A DNA stretch of 64,000 nucleotides from Psilocybe cubensis (taxonomy: Eukaryota), in NCBI GenBank assembly GCA_017499595.2, contig CM039005.1, positions 1,736,001 to 1,800,000 on the forward strand, read 5' to 3'. The notes under the pieces are model-generated. The model was not told the DNA's origin, ran no database searches, and saw only the letters and a program-made list of their open reading frames with translations. This document shows, in pieces, positions 1-13,121 of this stretch; position 1 is the stretch's first letter; each line of letters starts with the position of its first letter. A program made the translations under genes and the position numbers.

Positions 1-2687
1 CAAACGCCATTGGTTTTCCTGTTATCACGATTCTAGTGCCTACGGAGTCCACGATGAGGCAAGTCCCGGTAGGCCTGGAAAAATTGGAGATACCTTGGGA
101 TGCCTTATGGGAAGAGAGCCTCAGACGGCACATTAACTCTGGGAATCCTAGATTATGAAAGATTGATAGGTAATTTCAAAGTAAAGCCCAACAACGCGAT
201 TTCCTGTATATGTACTTGATCAAACTTGAACTTGTATTTCCGATCCGCCATGTAATGAGTAGAAGAGGAGTTTGTTGATATTATCAAGTTATGTTTATCC
301 AACTGCACCGTGTTGCGGACGGCTTTGTGCCAAAGCATCCAGTTACAAAATAACTTCAGGTTGTTAACTCTCTATCGCTATGTTAAGTTTGAGTTCGGGA
401 AGGGAAAGGAGAACCTGCCAATCCCGTATCTTTCAATCCGTGCGGTATCTACACCCAAAGGGATATGTTCGTGCAACCAAAATCAGCTGCCATAAAATAA
501 CTTGATCCTCAGGCCACAAACCCACATTCCGGAGTTTAGGACAAGTTCCCCTTTACATTTCTTTGGCATGATGGTATTATCTGAGCACAGTTTTATCAAT
601 ACACTAGTTTACAAATCTTCAACTTGAATCGAGCCAACTTTCAAATTTAACCGTTTTGAATATAGTTGTTTGTTCCTTTTCCTCTTTTGGAGAATGTGTA
701 TGAGAGGTGGGTGAACCGTGTGAATTGGACTTCGTATAAATGAGCATGTGGTGACCACCTTGTGGCATACTGGCCATTAAACGGTAGCGTTCATTCAGTG
801 CACAAATCAATCTATATATCCAGGATTTTAGCCTTCTTTGACCGGCGTCAAAATTGGCAAAGAAGCAAAAGAACTGGTTAGTGTGTCGGTCAAGACAACT
901 ATGGCATCAATTTTGATACATTTTTGGTGCTCACTTTTGTCTTCAAGATGTGGATGAAAATAAGGCTTAAATAGTTGGACTGAATAGCTAGGCTTACTTT
1001 CTGTCGGAGCCAGAACGTGGAATTCCTTAATTACTACGGCGTTGCCCCTTGTGGTCAGGACAGCATAAGTGTCCTTGATGGGCAGTTGGAGCAAATGAAG
1101 ATGACGGATGTGAGTCTGACCCTCGATTCCAGCTCTAAGGTTTCGGAGAGATGCACTGGTATGTCTGCACATGAGTAACGACCAATCCTAATTGTGAAGT
1201 AAAGTTGCGTGATCCCACATAAGTACATTACCGAAGCTCATGGGTGTACATACAGGTTGAGTCGGTTTGAAGGCAGGATTTTAGCGAGCGATTAGAACCA
1301 GAGATACAAGTTCCATCGTTCCTACTATCGTTTTGTGTGAGCATGTCGGGGAAAGCGCCTAGAGGTTTGTAATTCAGAAACTAACAAGGCCGAGGTAAGT
1401 TTATTAATTTTTAGAACCGGAGTACAAAAATTTCAAAGGGAAGTGAAGAGGCTGACATGTCTGCTTTTCCTGTGACCGGATAAAGTTCGGGGAGCAACTA
1501 CCGTACCCCTTCTGGAGCAATGTATGCAGCGTTTTAAGCGATTTAAAGCGTGGACAATAGGCTCGGTAATTGTCGTTAATCTTTTCTTGATTACTTGGAG
1601 CGGTGTCGAACTGTGCGGAAATATTCGGTCTGCAGCGTTAGTAACACCAGTGAGTACCTTGGAAAAATCCAGTAGCAACAGTGGGACTCCAAGAGGTCCT
1701 TCTGTTGCGGTGAAGATATTATTTTGGATGCGCCTTTTTGTTTTAGTCAGAAGATTCTGACCACTCAATAGAAGGATGCATCCTGTCAAATTTTAGTGAG
1801 GAATAGGGACCGCAGAGCCGCGATGAAAATAGTACGTGGAGAAAATGATGCATCACGGAGCGGAGGATCGCTTTAGAGCTTGTTTTACAGATTGGGCCCC
1901 CTAGGACTTGGGATGAAAAGGTCAGTTCTCTAATGTCTGGATAAAGTTACCCACACGACCTTTGTGATGTGCGTTGACAATATCCTCCATGAAAGAGAAA
2001 AGCAAGAGCATATAATCAATTGAGAGAGAGAGAGGAGACGTAGATTGCAGGAGAGTTCACTGATTCGTCCAATCAAGCGACAAGTAACCTGTAGTAGGAG
2101 CCTGAAATCGAAGGAAGCTATGTACATACAATTTTCTGGGAAGTGATTGTTCTTATACAGAGATATGAGGCGCCAATCATTCAGATGGTTTGGACACGTT
2201 GATGATTGAAGCCCAACGAGTTGACAACGAGAATGCTTGAAAGATATCAAAATTATGTTAAGGCGGCCTTGAGAGCTCTGTTCGTAAAATGCACCTTACT
2301 AGAAATGAAGATAACAAGCTTGTAACTAACCATGTACCCTTGAATTACATATAACATAATTCCTCCCTACTTGTCTCAAGCCACAATTATCTGGATTGTG
2401 AGATCAAGTCGCCGCTTCAAGGTGGAAGCGGGTTGCTCAGGTAATTTCCTTATCGATAAAAGATTCATCGACCTTTTGCGCGAGGATGTCCCATGATATA
2501 GTCAGAACAATCGAGTATGGCGCTATTGGCGAGGCAAGTGGTTGCGAGCGAAAAATGGCGGCGCGAATTAACCAAGGAGGCGGGCCGGGCACTACGGCGG
2601 ACCGGGCACGGTGTTGGTTCTCTGCATAAACAACCACAGGGGCCAAAATGGCTCCCTTATCTCATCGATCCTCTCGAATCCATTGCG

Positions 2688-4343
2688 ATGTCAATAGAAG
2701 TGCCAAAAATCAAACTTAACAATGGTGTCGAAATTCCGGCAGTTGGATTAGGTGAGCTTGTCGTGCGCCAGTTTCTGATTGGCGGAGAAATGTCAACTTA
2801 CGAGGGGCTCCTCGCTTGTGTCTTTAGGAACGTGGCAATCCAAAGCAGGAGAGGTTGAGAAGGCTGTGGAATACGCCCTCAAGGAAGTGGGATACCGTCA
2901 CCTTGACTGTGCTTGGTGAGAAACTGGACCAATCATGCGCTGTATTCGTGATATTGCTGACCCTGCGACCCTTTTTCAATGTTAGGGCTTATGGGAATGA
3001 GAAAGAGGTCGGCGATGGGATTCGTGCCTCTGGTGTCCCTAGGTCCGAAGTATTTGTAGGTCCCCGTTTTATCTCGCGAATTAGCACAAGTGACTGATTA
3101 TAGCTCCTATAATTGTTTCTTCTCACATACAACAGATTACCAGCAAGCTGTGGGGCACTTGGCACAACCGCGTCGAAGAATGTCTTGACCAAACACTCAC
3201 CAATCTCGGCACAGATTACATTGACTGTATGTGTGTATCTCTTCATTTGGAGATACAAACTCTAAATATCGCCGTTAAATTTTGTCAGTGTATCTTATTC
3301 ATTGGCCAGTACCATTGAATCCCAAGGGGAATCACCCTGTGTTCCCCACGTTACCCAGCGGTAAGCGAGATGTCTACCACGAGTGGGACTTGAAGGATAC
3401 TTGGAAGCAAATGGAAGAGCTCGTAAAGAAGGGTAAGGATAGACGATCACTTTGATATCGTGTGTATTCGCCTCACAATCTAAAATCTTATCCAGGCAAA
3501 GTTAAATCTATCGGAGTGTCCAATTTCTCGGAAGCCAAGCTCGAACTAATCCTGCCTACGGCAACGATTATTCCTGCCGTTAACCAGGCAAGGGAAAAAA
3601 TGTCAAACTGAGACGCGGATGTTCTAATGACTCTGTTCTGCTCTGCTATTTTACAGCTCGAGATCCACGTGTACAACCCACAACATAAGCTCCTTAAGTA
3701 TCTCAAAGACAAAGGGATCGCGGTCGAGGCTTACTCACCATTGGGCTCCACCAATTCCCCATTGTTTACCGACGATGTCGTTGTAAGTATAGCATCGAAA
3801 CACTCTATTCAACCATCGGATGTATTACTGGGCTACCTACGTACGTTGTATTGACGCATTAACATCACTCCGTTGATTGACACTCATACATACACACATA
3901 TTCCCTCCGTGAACTCAGTCGCAAAGGACATAATCATCCTGCCGAAATCCGTCACTCCTGCGCGCATAGCCGCAAACTTTGGCCCTGCCGTTACAGCCGC
4001 CAAAAAGCTGGACACTGCCGACATCGAGCAGCTTGACGGGCTCGCGGCTGCCGGAAAACAGAAGAGGTCTGTGCACATCTTTTCCCGCGTTCTGTCCTGT
4101 GCTCTTTTAGCGAATAAGCAGCCTTCAATTTTTCTTTTTTTTCCTTTCTTTCTTGCCATTCGCTGCATGTTTGCTGACTATTTTTGTCCCCAGATTCATC
4201 ACTCCCCCTTGGCGTACGTTATTCCACTCAGACGTCGGGAATTATTTGGATTTTCTGACCGCTTTTTTTTTTTCTTGCTTTTCTTCTTTTTCGTTACAGC
4301 TGTCGATCTCGGCTTCGATAATTGGCCTCCTCTTCCAGCCTGA
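2688..4343 (+). CDS. Aldo-keto reductase, GAR1-like (putative NADPH-dependent D-glucuronate/D-galacturonate reductase), multi-exon
   Basis: Spliced reading [31 protein letters not shown]...DCAWAYGNE...TSKLW...[26 protein letters not shown]...IGVSNFS...AYSPLGS...[11 protein letters not shown]...[16 protein letters not shown]. The AKR catalytic tetrad D/Y/K/H is present. The AKR family call is secure; the GAR1 subfamily call is from memory. Confidence 0.95.
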
Positions 4344-6133
4344 TAGTCGGGGATGAAATTATGTTGGTCGGATCCTTTACCAACTCTGATAAATGTCGTC
4401 ACAGAACGGAGACGTTGAATACAGTTGAATTAGAAGAATTTGAAATGCAAAACCCATTCTGGACGAGTATGAACCCCTCTGAACCCCAAAAGATATCTCC
4501 GCTCTCAACTCATCAAGTTTACTTTTCATTTGTTGTGTGTAAAACTAACTAAACTCATTTGAGCACTGGCTTGATTATCTGCCACTCATCTATTCATTAA
4601 TGAACTATGAATACTTCATTTGACCAGAGATAAAGCTATAAAATGCTAATTTTAACCTGAGGCGTCATTGAAATCTGTTCGACAATCCTGTGCTTCAACT
4701 AGCTGATGCTCCGTATGTTTTGGATTCCCAAAAGTCTGGAATTTGTTCCTCAATCGCGCGAATATCACGGAGCCGCACAGAACACACACATCGACACGGA
4801 AGCGTCTAACCCTTGAGAAACTGAGGACGGAGCAACTAAGATGGGGGGTGAGAGAAAAAGAAAAAAACGCGTATGTAAGCGTTTACAGCATTAATCTACG
4901 TGCCAATTAGACAAGAAATTTGAAACTTTGAGATTACTGGATGGAGCTCCTATCAGTGGTATCATCAAGTTATATATGAACTTGGGAATTGTTTAGGCCA
5001 GACCTGCACATATTATGACGGTGTGGTAAGCAGTGCTCTGCAAAGCCGCGCCTAATAATACTCTGCCCACGCTCGGCCATCCACAAGCTTCCCAGAGGGT
5101 TCAAGCCCGATTGCCGAAAAGAGGCTGCGAGAGAGGCTCAATCTCACTTTGACGATCTTCGATCCTCAGGGACCTCGAAAATGAAGTGGTGCTTGGGACC
5201 GACCGACGCTCTAAATGTACCGACTATTACCTTCTTTGAGAGATGAGCTGAGAGGAGTTTGAATGGAGACATGTCAATGCGCTTGGAACCGTTAGATGGA
5301 GTTGGGTTTAGAGCTTGTCGAGTGTGACTGCTAGGAGGCTATATAGCGGAAGTTATTCGGGAAATGCAGAATACAGATTGTCGTGTTTTGTAATTGTTTC
5401 CAGCCAATTTTTCCAGGATCCAGGCTGCGATGGATGTCAAGTCGCTATGGAATAGCAGGTAGTTAATATGCTGGAGTTGGATGCGTTTAACCCATTGAGA
5501 ACGGGCAAAAAGATGAGCAGAGGAGTAGACCCACCCTGATCTGACGATGATGGTCAGACTTGAGGTGGATAAGATCCTGTATTATTCTTAACGTTACTGA
5601 ATGGCCGAGTCTCGAGGAACATTGTAGAAGTGGATCACCCTGAATGGTCAGGAGGAGAGTGTGGGACGGATGACTAGCGCTAGATTGTGAGGGCGGGGAA
5701 CTTGGAATTATAATATCCAAGAGGAGACTGTGATTATGGCAAAGGACGAGAGTGCCCTGACAACACGTGGCAACGGGCGCGTGGCGCTCCCCTGACTGTC
5801 TCTGCGAGATCTCGAGTCTATCTGGAGGTATGTACGAGCAAGTCCAATTGCAATCCCAACTCATATGATCCTACAGTTCATGAATATATCCGCAGAAACA
5901 AACTGAAACTTCAACTTGCCAACCTTATATTGCATCTTTAGCTGCGAGAGTATTGATTCCGTCTCAATCGCCGATTGGATCAGCCCTTTGAAATCTGTGC
6001 TCGCCCCTACTCGACATGATCGTCCGAGCGATCTCTCTGCCAACCAAGGGACCTCATAAAAGGCCGATAGTCTTTGACGATATCACCAGCAAACTACTCC
6101 TCCTCGTCTTCGACCTCTCTACTCCTCTCTAAA

Positions 6134-7443
6134 ATGCCCAGCGCTCCCAGCCAGAACCCCGGACGCGACCTCGACGCGACCTCGGACGCCATCGATGATG
6201 GTATGTTTGATTAGCTCTGCCGTGCATAATCGAGCATTGACGCATCTCGCTTTGCAGTGAACGTCATTAAAGGAAAAATGTGGAACGAACAATCAGAGTT
6301 CGACGAAGCGAAGGACAAGTCAAAATTCCGCGACTACGAAGCCGCTTGCGACCGCGTCAAAAACTTTTACAAGGAACAGCACGGTACGCGCTCATGCGCT
6401 CGCTGTTTCGCACGCGTCGCTAAATGACTCTACAGAAAAACAGACGGTTGCCTTTAACATCAAGGCGCGCGTCGACTTTAAGAGCCGAAAACGGGCTCGC
6501 ATGGGCGTATGGGAAGCGATAGAGTTGCTAAATACATTGATTGATGACTCCGACCCTGATGTAACTGGCTTTCTCCAAGCGACTCTTCCGTGTACTGATG
6601 ACGTCAATACTATCTGCAGACCAGCATGACCCAGATTGAGCACTTGCTGCAGACAGCTGAAGCTATTCGACGAGACGGAAAACCCGAGTGGATGCAGGTA
6701 ACAACTTTTATTATTATTATTCTCCATTCTCGCCCGGATCCTGACTGTCATCAAACAGTTGACTGGGCTGTTGCACGACCTTGGGAAATTGCTGCTACTC
6801 TTTGGATCCGAAGGACAATGGGACGTCGTTGGTGTAAGTCTCTCTTCCAAATTGATACGGGGGTCATATGGACTGACGGAGCTCCTATAGGACACTTTTG
6901 GTAAATTTCCTTCCAGACAACTACCCTGCAGACGGTGGTTCTAAATTCTTTCTTTGTGCAGTCGTTGGATGCAAGTTCTCTGACAAGATCATCTACCCTG
7001 AAACGTTCAAAAACAACCCCGACTACAACGATGCCGTATACTCTACTGAATACGGCATCTACAAGCCGCACTGTGGCCTTGACAATGTCATGCTTTCGTG
7101 GGGACACGATGAGGTACGCGACCCCACTTGAATCGCTTAGGCGCCTGAAAGTCTAACACCGGTATTTGACATTTAGTACCTTTACAACGTCGTCAAGGAT
7201 CAATCCACTCTCCCCGCCGAGGCCCTCGCCATGATCCGCTACCACAGTTTCTATCCATGGCACAGAGAGGGTGCCTATGCCCACCTTATGAACGAAAAGG
7301 ACCTTCAGGTTCTCGAGGCTGTCAAAGCTTTCAACCCATATGACCTCTACAGCAAAAGCGACGAACCTTGCGACGTCGAAAAGCTCCGCCCGTACTACCA
7401 AGGTCTCATCGCCAAATTCTTCCCCCCCGTCATCGACTGGTAA
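6134..7443 (+). CDS. MIOX: myo-inositol oxygenase, multi-exon (includes a 10-nt microexon at 6891-6900)
   Basis: Motifs [75 protein letters not shown] and [11 protein letters not shown] carry the di-iron ligands and substrate-binding residues of MIOX. Confidence 0.97.
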
Positions 7444-8060
7444 TCGCCAAAAAACCACCTCAACTCCTAGAAACTCGCGTGCATTCATAAATCTCACTAT
7501 TCATCATCATCATCTTGCTGTCGTCGCTTTTCCACTCTCATGATCTAGACTTTTTTTTGGTTATTTTTTTGCTGTCCTTGCTGTTTCTCCTGTCACATAA
7601 TTCTCTCTCTTTCACTCCTTCTTGATGACCTCCATACTACTACTATTAGATGTCGAAGCTTCCTCATCCTACCACTGTAGCGTCAGTCTCCTAGACCAGT
7701 ATTATTATATCTAATCGTTGTCGTACTTATTTAGACCCTATGTATCAAACACCCTTTGTCTTGCTATATACCTCGAATTTAAACTCGTGTTGACCGCTCA
7801 CATCATTGTCGATCCCCTACAAGTACACTGGCACCCACGTTCGCCGCTCGGAAGAGCAACGGCAAGTTGTCGGCAAAGACTAATGACGTTTTGATAAGAT
7901 AAAATCTGATATGCGGGTGCAATTTGTCATCGTCATCGATCCAAATTTCAATTGGCATCTTTGGCTTTAGCTTTTATCCCCAAAGTCCCTGAACGGACCC
8001 CCCCTTCTTCCCCTCTCATCTCCAGGAAATATAGATTTTCTCTCCTTAATCTCTACCACG

Positions 8061-9942
8061 ATGTCAGAGCAAGCTCCAGAAAGCACGCTCCCATACCCAC
8101 CTCTCCACCAAGACAAGAAGTTCATCGTTCTCTCCGATTGGTTGGTCTGCATGCAATCTTGGAATTCACATCACTTTCCAACACTCTGGGCTCATATATT
8201 GCTTTGCTTTTTTTTCTGTAACCTGGCAGGGATGGCACGATCACCACGCATGATTCAAATGATTGTACGTCACACCCCAACTGGCAACACTGCTGCTGCC
8301 TTCTCGACAAGAATCAATTAGTTAGCATTGCTAAAATAATCTGTTTGATTTTTTTTTCGTCGATCAATGGGTTTTTTTTGCAGATATGACCGATACCATT
8401 GGTTTTGGAAAGGAGAAACGGAGGGCAGGCAACCTCGAGATCCTGGCAGGGACCGATAATTTCAGGTAAGCTTTTGGCTTGCATAAACACACATATATAA
8501 GCGCCCGAGAAGCCTCTTGCCCTTCGGCAAGTTTACTCGGTGCATACATACATCCACACATCCATACTACATCATCCACATCGGCATCTTACGTTTTGAC
8601 AACAACAGAGATGGATTCCGGAAGATGCTGGCCAGTGTCGCAGCAAACGGACATACCTTTGAAGAATGCAAGGAGCTGCTCCGAAAAAGTACGTCAACAC
8701 ATATCATCCATGAGAGATCCACACCTTTCCTCCCGTCCCACCGGTTTTTTTATTCTGTCGGGTGATGATCCTGGGATAACTGATGAGGTTCTCTCCAGAC
8801 ATCAAACTAGATCCTGGCTTTAAGGAGTTCTACGCCTGGTGTAAAAATAACGATATCCCTGTCATTATCGTATCCAGGTGCGTTCTCGGAGCAATCAAAG
8901 GGGCTACCATATTTCGGGTGACTGATGCAAACGCGTTGCGGTTTTTCTTTTTTTTTTCAAACATCATGGCGCACAACCCACATTGTTTTTCCCAAAAATC
9001 CAAAATCCAAAAATAAATTCACACACGCACACACGTACCCATCCGTCCACACCACACAGCGGAATGGCACCCCTGATTCGAGCAGTTTTGTCTAATCTCG
9101 TAGGCCAGGAAGACGCCGATGAGATTGAGATCATTGCAAACGACGTGACCGTCTTCCCCGACGGCAAGTGGGAAATCAAATACAGACATCCATCCAGGTG
9201 AGTCCCGAAACTCCGTCTTCGGTCTGAGCAAAGGTGCAGCCAAAAGAGCAGGGAAGAAAGACCATGAGCAATAATGGGAGCACCGAGCAAGGGAAAAAAC
9301 ATACATATTCAAATGCATGGATACATGCTCACAAGCTGCAATCGCGTCCATTTCGAAATAACGGACGCACGCGCACGCAATAGCTAATTAACGCTAATCA
9401 CCTGCCATGGCCTATTTCACGATATTTTTTTTTTCACCTAATTTATGAGAATGAACCACTGACGCCAATAATTCCCCATATGCCACAGCGGATTCGGACA
9501 CGACAAGTCGCAGGCGATTCTCCCATACCGTAAATTGCCGGAACCGCCCACACTCTTTTTCTTTGGCGATGGTGTATCAGGTAAAGTTGATTTTCCTCTC
9601 CTTTCTCTTAATGATACATCGCAGTGGGGTGGATTGCTGATCTGGATTGTCACCTCGGTCCACTCTCATCTTTAAATTGAACACATACAAACCGCAATTT
9701 ACGCCTAAACCTCTTTCTGCGGACGAAAACGGGAAAATAAACACACGACTGCAGACATATCGGCAGCCAAATACGCCGACGTTCTGTTCGTCAAGACCAA
9801 GCTCGATGGGGAAAACGACCTTGCGGCGTATTGCCAAAGGGAAGGCATCAAGCACGTCCTGTTCTCGGATTTCTCAAAGGCGTTGCCTGTGGTGCAATCC
9901 GTTGTGGAGGGAAAGAAAACAATCAACGAGGTGGTGGTATAA
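8061..9942 (+). CDS. HAD-superfamily phosphatase, PYP1/YNL010W (MtnX-like) family, 8 exons
   Basis: HAD motif I LSDWDGTIT..DSNDYMTD, IKLDPGFKEF, motif II IIVSSGM, GFGHDKS, motif IV FFGDGVSDISAA. All seven introns are GT-AG and keep the frame. Confidence 0.92.
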
Positions 9943-10805
9943 CGGGCCTCACCCGCGCGCGCCCGCCGTCATTCTGGTTATAGCGTTGGTGTCTCGCCCA
10001 TTCATTCGCTTTAAAGATAGAATTTTGGACAGAAATGGTGCTGCAATCCCATAGTTAGTGGGAGACCAAGAACCCCGAAGTGCAGACAGCATCATCGTTA
10101 TCAAGAAAGTAGATTTATCATGATCAGTTGGATGCATATAACCACAAATACATACGTAGCTCAAGACAGAGTTCATAAAATAAGGTGGCGCCTGCGAGAG
10201 GAGTCGAATCAAGCTTGACTGCCCTGGTGCGCAATCGGTTGCCACCCAGAGCGCCGATCACGCGGAAACCAAGGGGAGAGGGACTCAGCACCGGGCAGAG
10301 GGATCTATAGTAAATTGAAATCGGCGATCAAGGCCACGCGAATGGACCCTCGAGGAACGATTCACGGCAAGAAAGTATATGTGCGTAATGCCACGTTTTC
10401 GCAATGTTTTGCAATATATCTGGTCTTTTCGTCCCCAGTGATGATCTCGAACTTGTACTGTTGTTTAAAAGGTCTCTCTGGTAATTCTGCAGTATGGACT
10501 GGCCCAGGAGCAAAAGGCCTAGGCGCCATCGCGATCAAAAGGACACGATTCTCCGGCCAGCAAGGCGCCATGCTGGAGGTTGTTTTAGGGTTGACATGAT
10601 AGGATACGAAAGTGGGGCGTGCATCCATGAACGAACAAAAATGGGGAAAAGATCATTGGATGCGGGATGTGAGATGATGATGACGAATAATGCTAAACAT
10701 GGATAAGAACGAGGCAGGTAACTTCGTGATGCATCTGGGAAATCGGGAGGGTAACTGTGCAAGCGATATGAGATACGGCAGGTCGAAATTGCGAGTATGA
10801 TCCCT

Positions 10806-12974
10806 TCATGAGCCCGAAGATAGACCGTTCATTATCTTTTCGCTCATTCCGGCCAATGCGCCTCCTACCCACCCGCTGACGCGCCTCCAGTCTTTATGCC
10901 CCCGACCTTCAGCGATCCCATATAATAACCCATGGCTCGGGTGCGCATTGCGCGCCTTGATGCCATACACCGCCATTGCCACGCCGAGCACCAGCACCGT
11001 CCCAGCCAACATTGTCTTCTTTTCCATCTGTCCGAAGGGAGATTTTCTGAGCTTGCGTCGTTTCCGACGCGACTTTTTGCCACCACCTGGCGATTTTTCG
11101 TCTTTATCATCAGAAGATCCTTCTTCCTTTTGATGCGGGTCTATCTCCACGTAGGGATATACGACCAGCTCAGGGTGCGATACCATAGCTTCGGCCGTAT
11201 TGTCTGAAGGTAGCTCCGAAAACGATTCTGACCACGTAAAGACGACACTCTGGGGACCCATGATTGACGACAGTGCGAGGCCTGGATGAGATGGCGGAAA
11301 CTCTTTGTATAGAGCATCAGCACGCCGCAGAAGGTCGGTCAGGTAAATCCTCTCAGGTTTATGGTGGATAGTAGAGACGATGTCGCAATCATGATTTTCC
11401 TCTTTTGTTGGCTCGTTAATAGGTGGGCTTAGTTCGACTGGCGGTATTGTCTCCGATAGCGGACGAGTGCTTTGATCAGCATCTTCTTCTTTCGGCTGAG
11501 TTTCGTCGCGTTTGTTGGATAGTGAATCATCATCGTGAACATGTTCAAGAGGGGTTGCGTTTCCGGTGTTATCCGAGATACCTTCGTGACTGTTTGTGGG
11601 CGAAGGGGAATGGCTGCGAGAATCGGGTAATCTGTTCCCATCGTTTTGGACATAATCCATTGGATTTTCTGATTCCACTTTCACTGTGGAGTCAACGTAT
11701 GGGCTTGAGTTATTCAACATAATTTGATCTGGATCATTCTCCTCTTTGAAAAATGTATTGCTGGTGTCAGCCTCGGGCGACTCGTCGGATTTCCACGGTG
11801 TTGGCCGTATATCTATGATATCTTCCTCGTCAATGTCGTCCGCGAGGTTCGGTAAACTGCTGAGTAGTGAATGAATCATGCCATCTTCGTCTTCCTCCTC
11901 CAATCGTATGACCTCCTTTTTACGCGAGAGAATAACCTATAAGATATTGTGATAAAAGACACTGTTGAAGTAACACCGAAAAAAGATACATACAGCTGTT
12001 GCTAGATACACGACCGCAATAGGGGGACGGCAAAATAGATAATCAAAAACGTGTTGGATGAGTGGCAAAGTTGGTATATCATGCGAGAATAGGGTCAATA
12101 AATTAGAAAGCGCGTAAAAAGGCAGCGGGGAATTTCTAAAAAATTAAGATTTTAGACAACTGTTGCCGAGCCTTTTGAAAGATGTTCTACCGCACCTTTC
12201 CAGAAGCTGGGCAAACTCAGGATCTGCAAGATGGAGAAGTTTGCTGGTTACCCTTTTGGAAAAAATAACATGTCAGGACTCAAATTTTGAATTTTCTGCA
12301 CGACCAAAGGTACCTTAGCAGTCCAAGCACAGGTTCCAGTCCGGACCCCATCGAATCTCTGAGTCTGTGTAGGCTCAACTTCTCGGCGCACACTAGCTGC
12401 ATTTCGGGCGGTAATGTCAAAAATAGGACAGTAACAATATCATGGTATCCCTAATGCAAAAATCAACAGAAGGTCAGCAGCATGAATCCCTGCATATGGA
12501 TAAGAGTGGACCTGAAAATAACTTAGGCGCGGTCGTTTGCGAAAGATAGACACAAGCAGCTTGTGCAGCTCTGCCTGTAATGTTTCTTTGTCGGTATTCG
12601 AATCTACATGGGTCAAATCAGTTTCCATTGACGAGAGAAGGATGCATCATTCCCACCCACTGGATAGAGAACGAAACTGCGGTCTGTGTCCAGCCCGATC
12701 TGTCGTTCATCTTGATGTACAACTTCGTCTTTAGATTCAGTCGGTCTGCGGGATTTTTCGTCTGCAAAATCTTTGGGTTTTGCTACATTCAATATCTTCG
12801 GCCTATGCATAGCTTAATGTTGAGCAATAAAGCAGGCGAAATTCCAACAGACCATAGGTCAACACGTTCGTCTCCAAATCCTCCCTTTTGAAGGCTTCTT
12901 GCACGTAAATCATTCCAATCTATCTTCTGGTGCTTGTGTTTTCTGTGAGTTGCGGAGACATTATCTACGGTCAT
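10806..12974 (-). CDS. TBC-domain Rab GTPase-activating protein, Gyp8/TBC1D20-like, with a C-terminal transmembrane segment
   Basis: Arg finger QIGLDTDRSF, Gln finger YFQGYHD, LRDSMG, YALSNLLTLFSHDI. An acidic linker and a polybasic patch precede the hydrophobic helix MLAGTVLVLGVAMAVYGI. Confidence 0.9.
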
Positions 12975-13121
12975 GTATGCTGTCGCCTAAACGTGGTTGG
13001 CTAAGATACCAGGTCGCTGAAGGACAATGAAGCGGAAGGACAAGATGGAAGGCTCGAGAAATGTGACGACGTCATGTCACGCATGCTTGACCGGTTTGAC
13101 GGGCCGTTATACAGCTTCACT

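Noticed and set aside
1-2250. Minus-strand ORF fragments with splice-like signals and a faint F-box-like stretch (FPENCMYIASFDFRLLLQVTCR)
   Set aside because: I could not join them into a consistent frame or recognise a family. It may be a degenerate gene or one that runs off the window.
2778-2786. Match to the galacturonate-responsive element TCCNCCAAT (minus strand) in AKR intron 1
   Set aside because: It is a single short intronic match, and the element and its regulator GaaR are described from ascomycetes. Likely chance.
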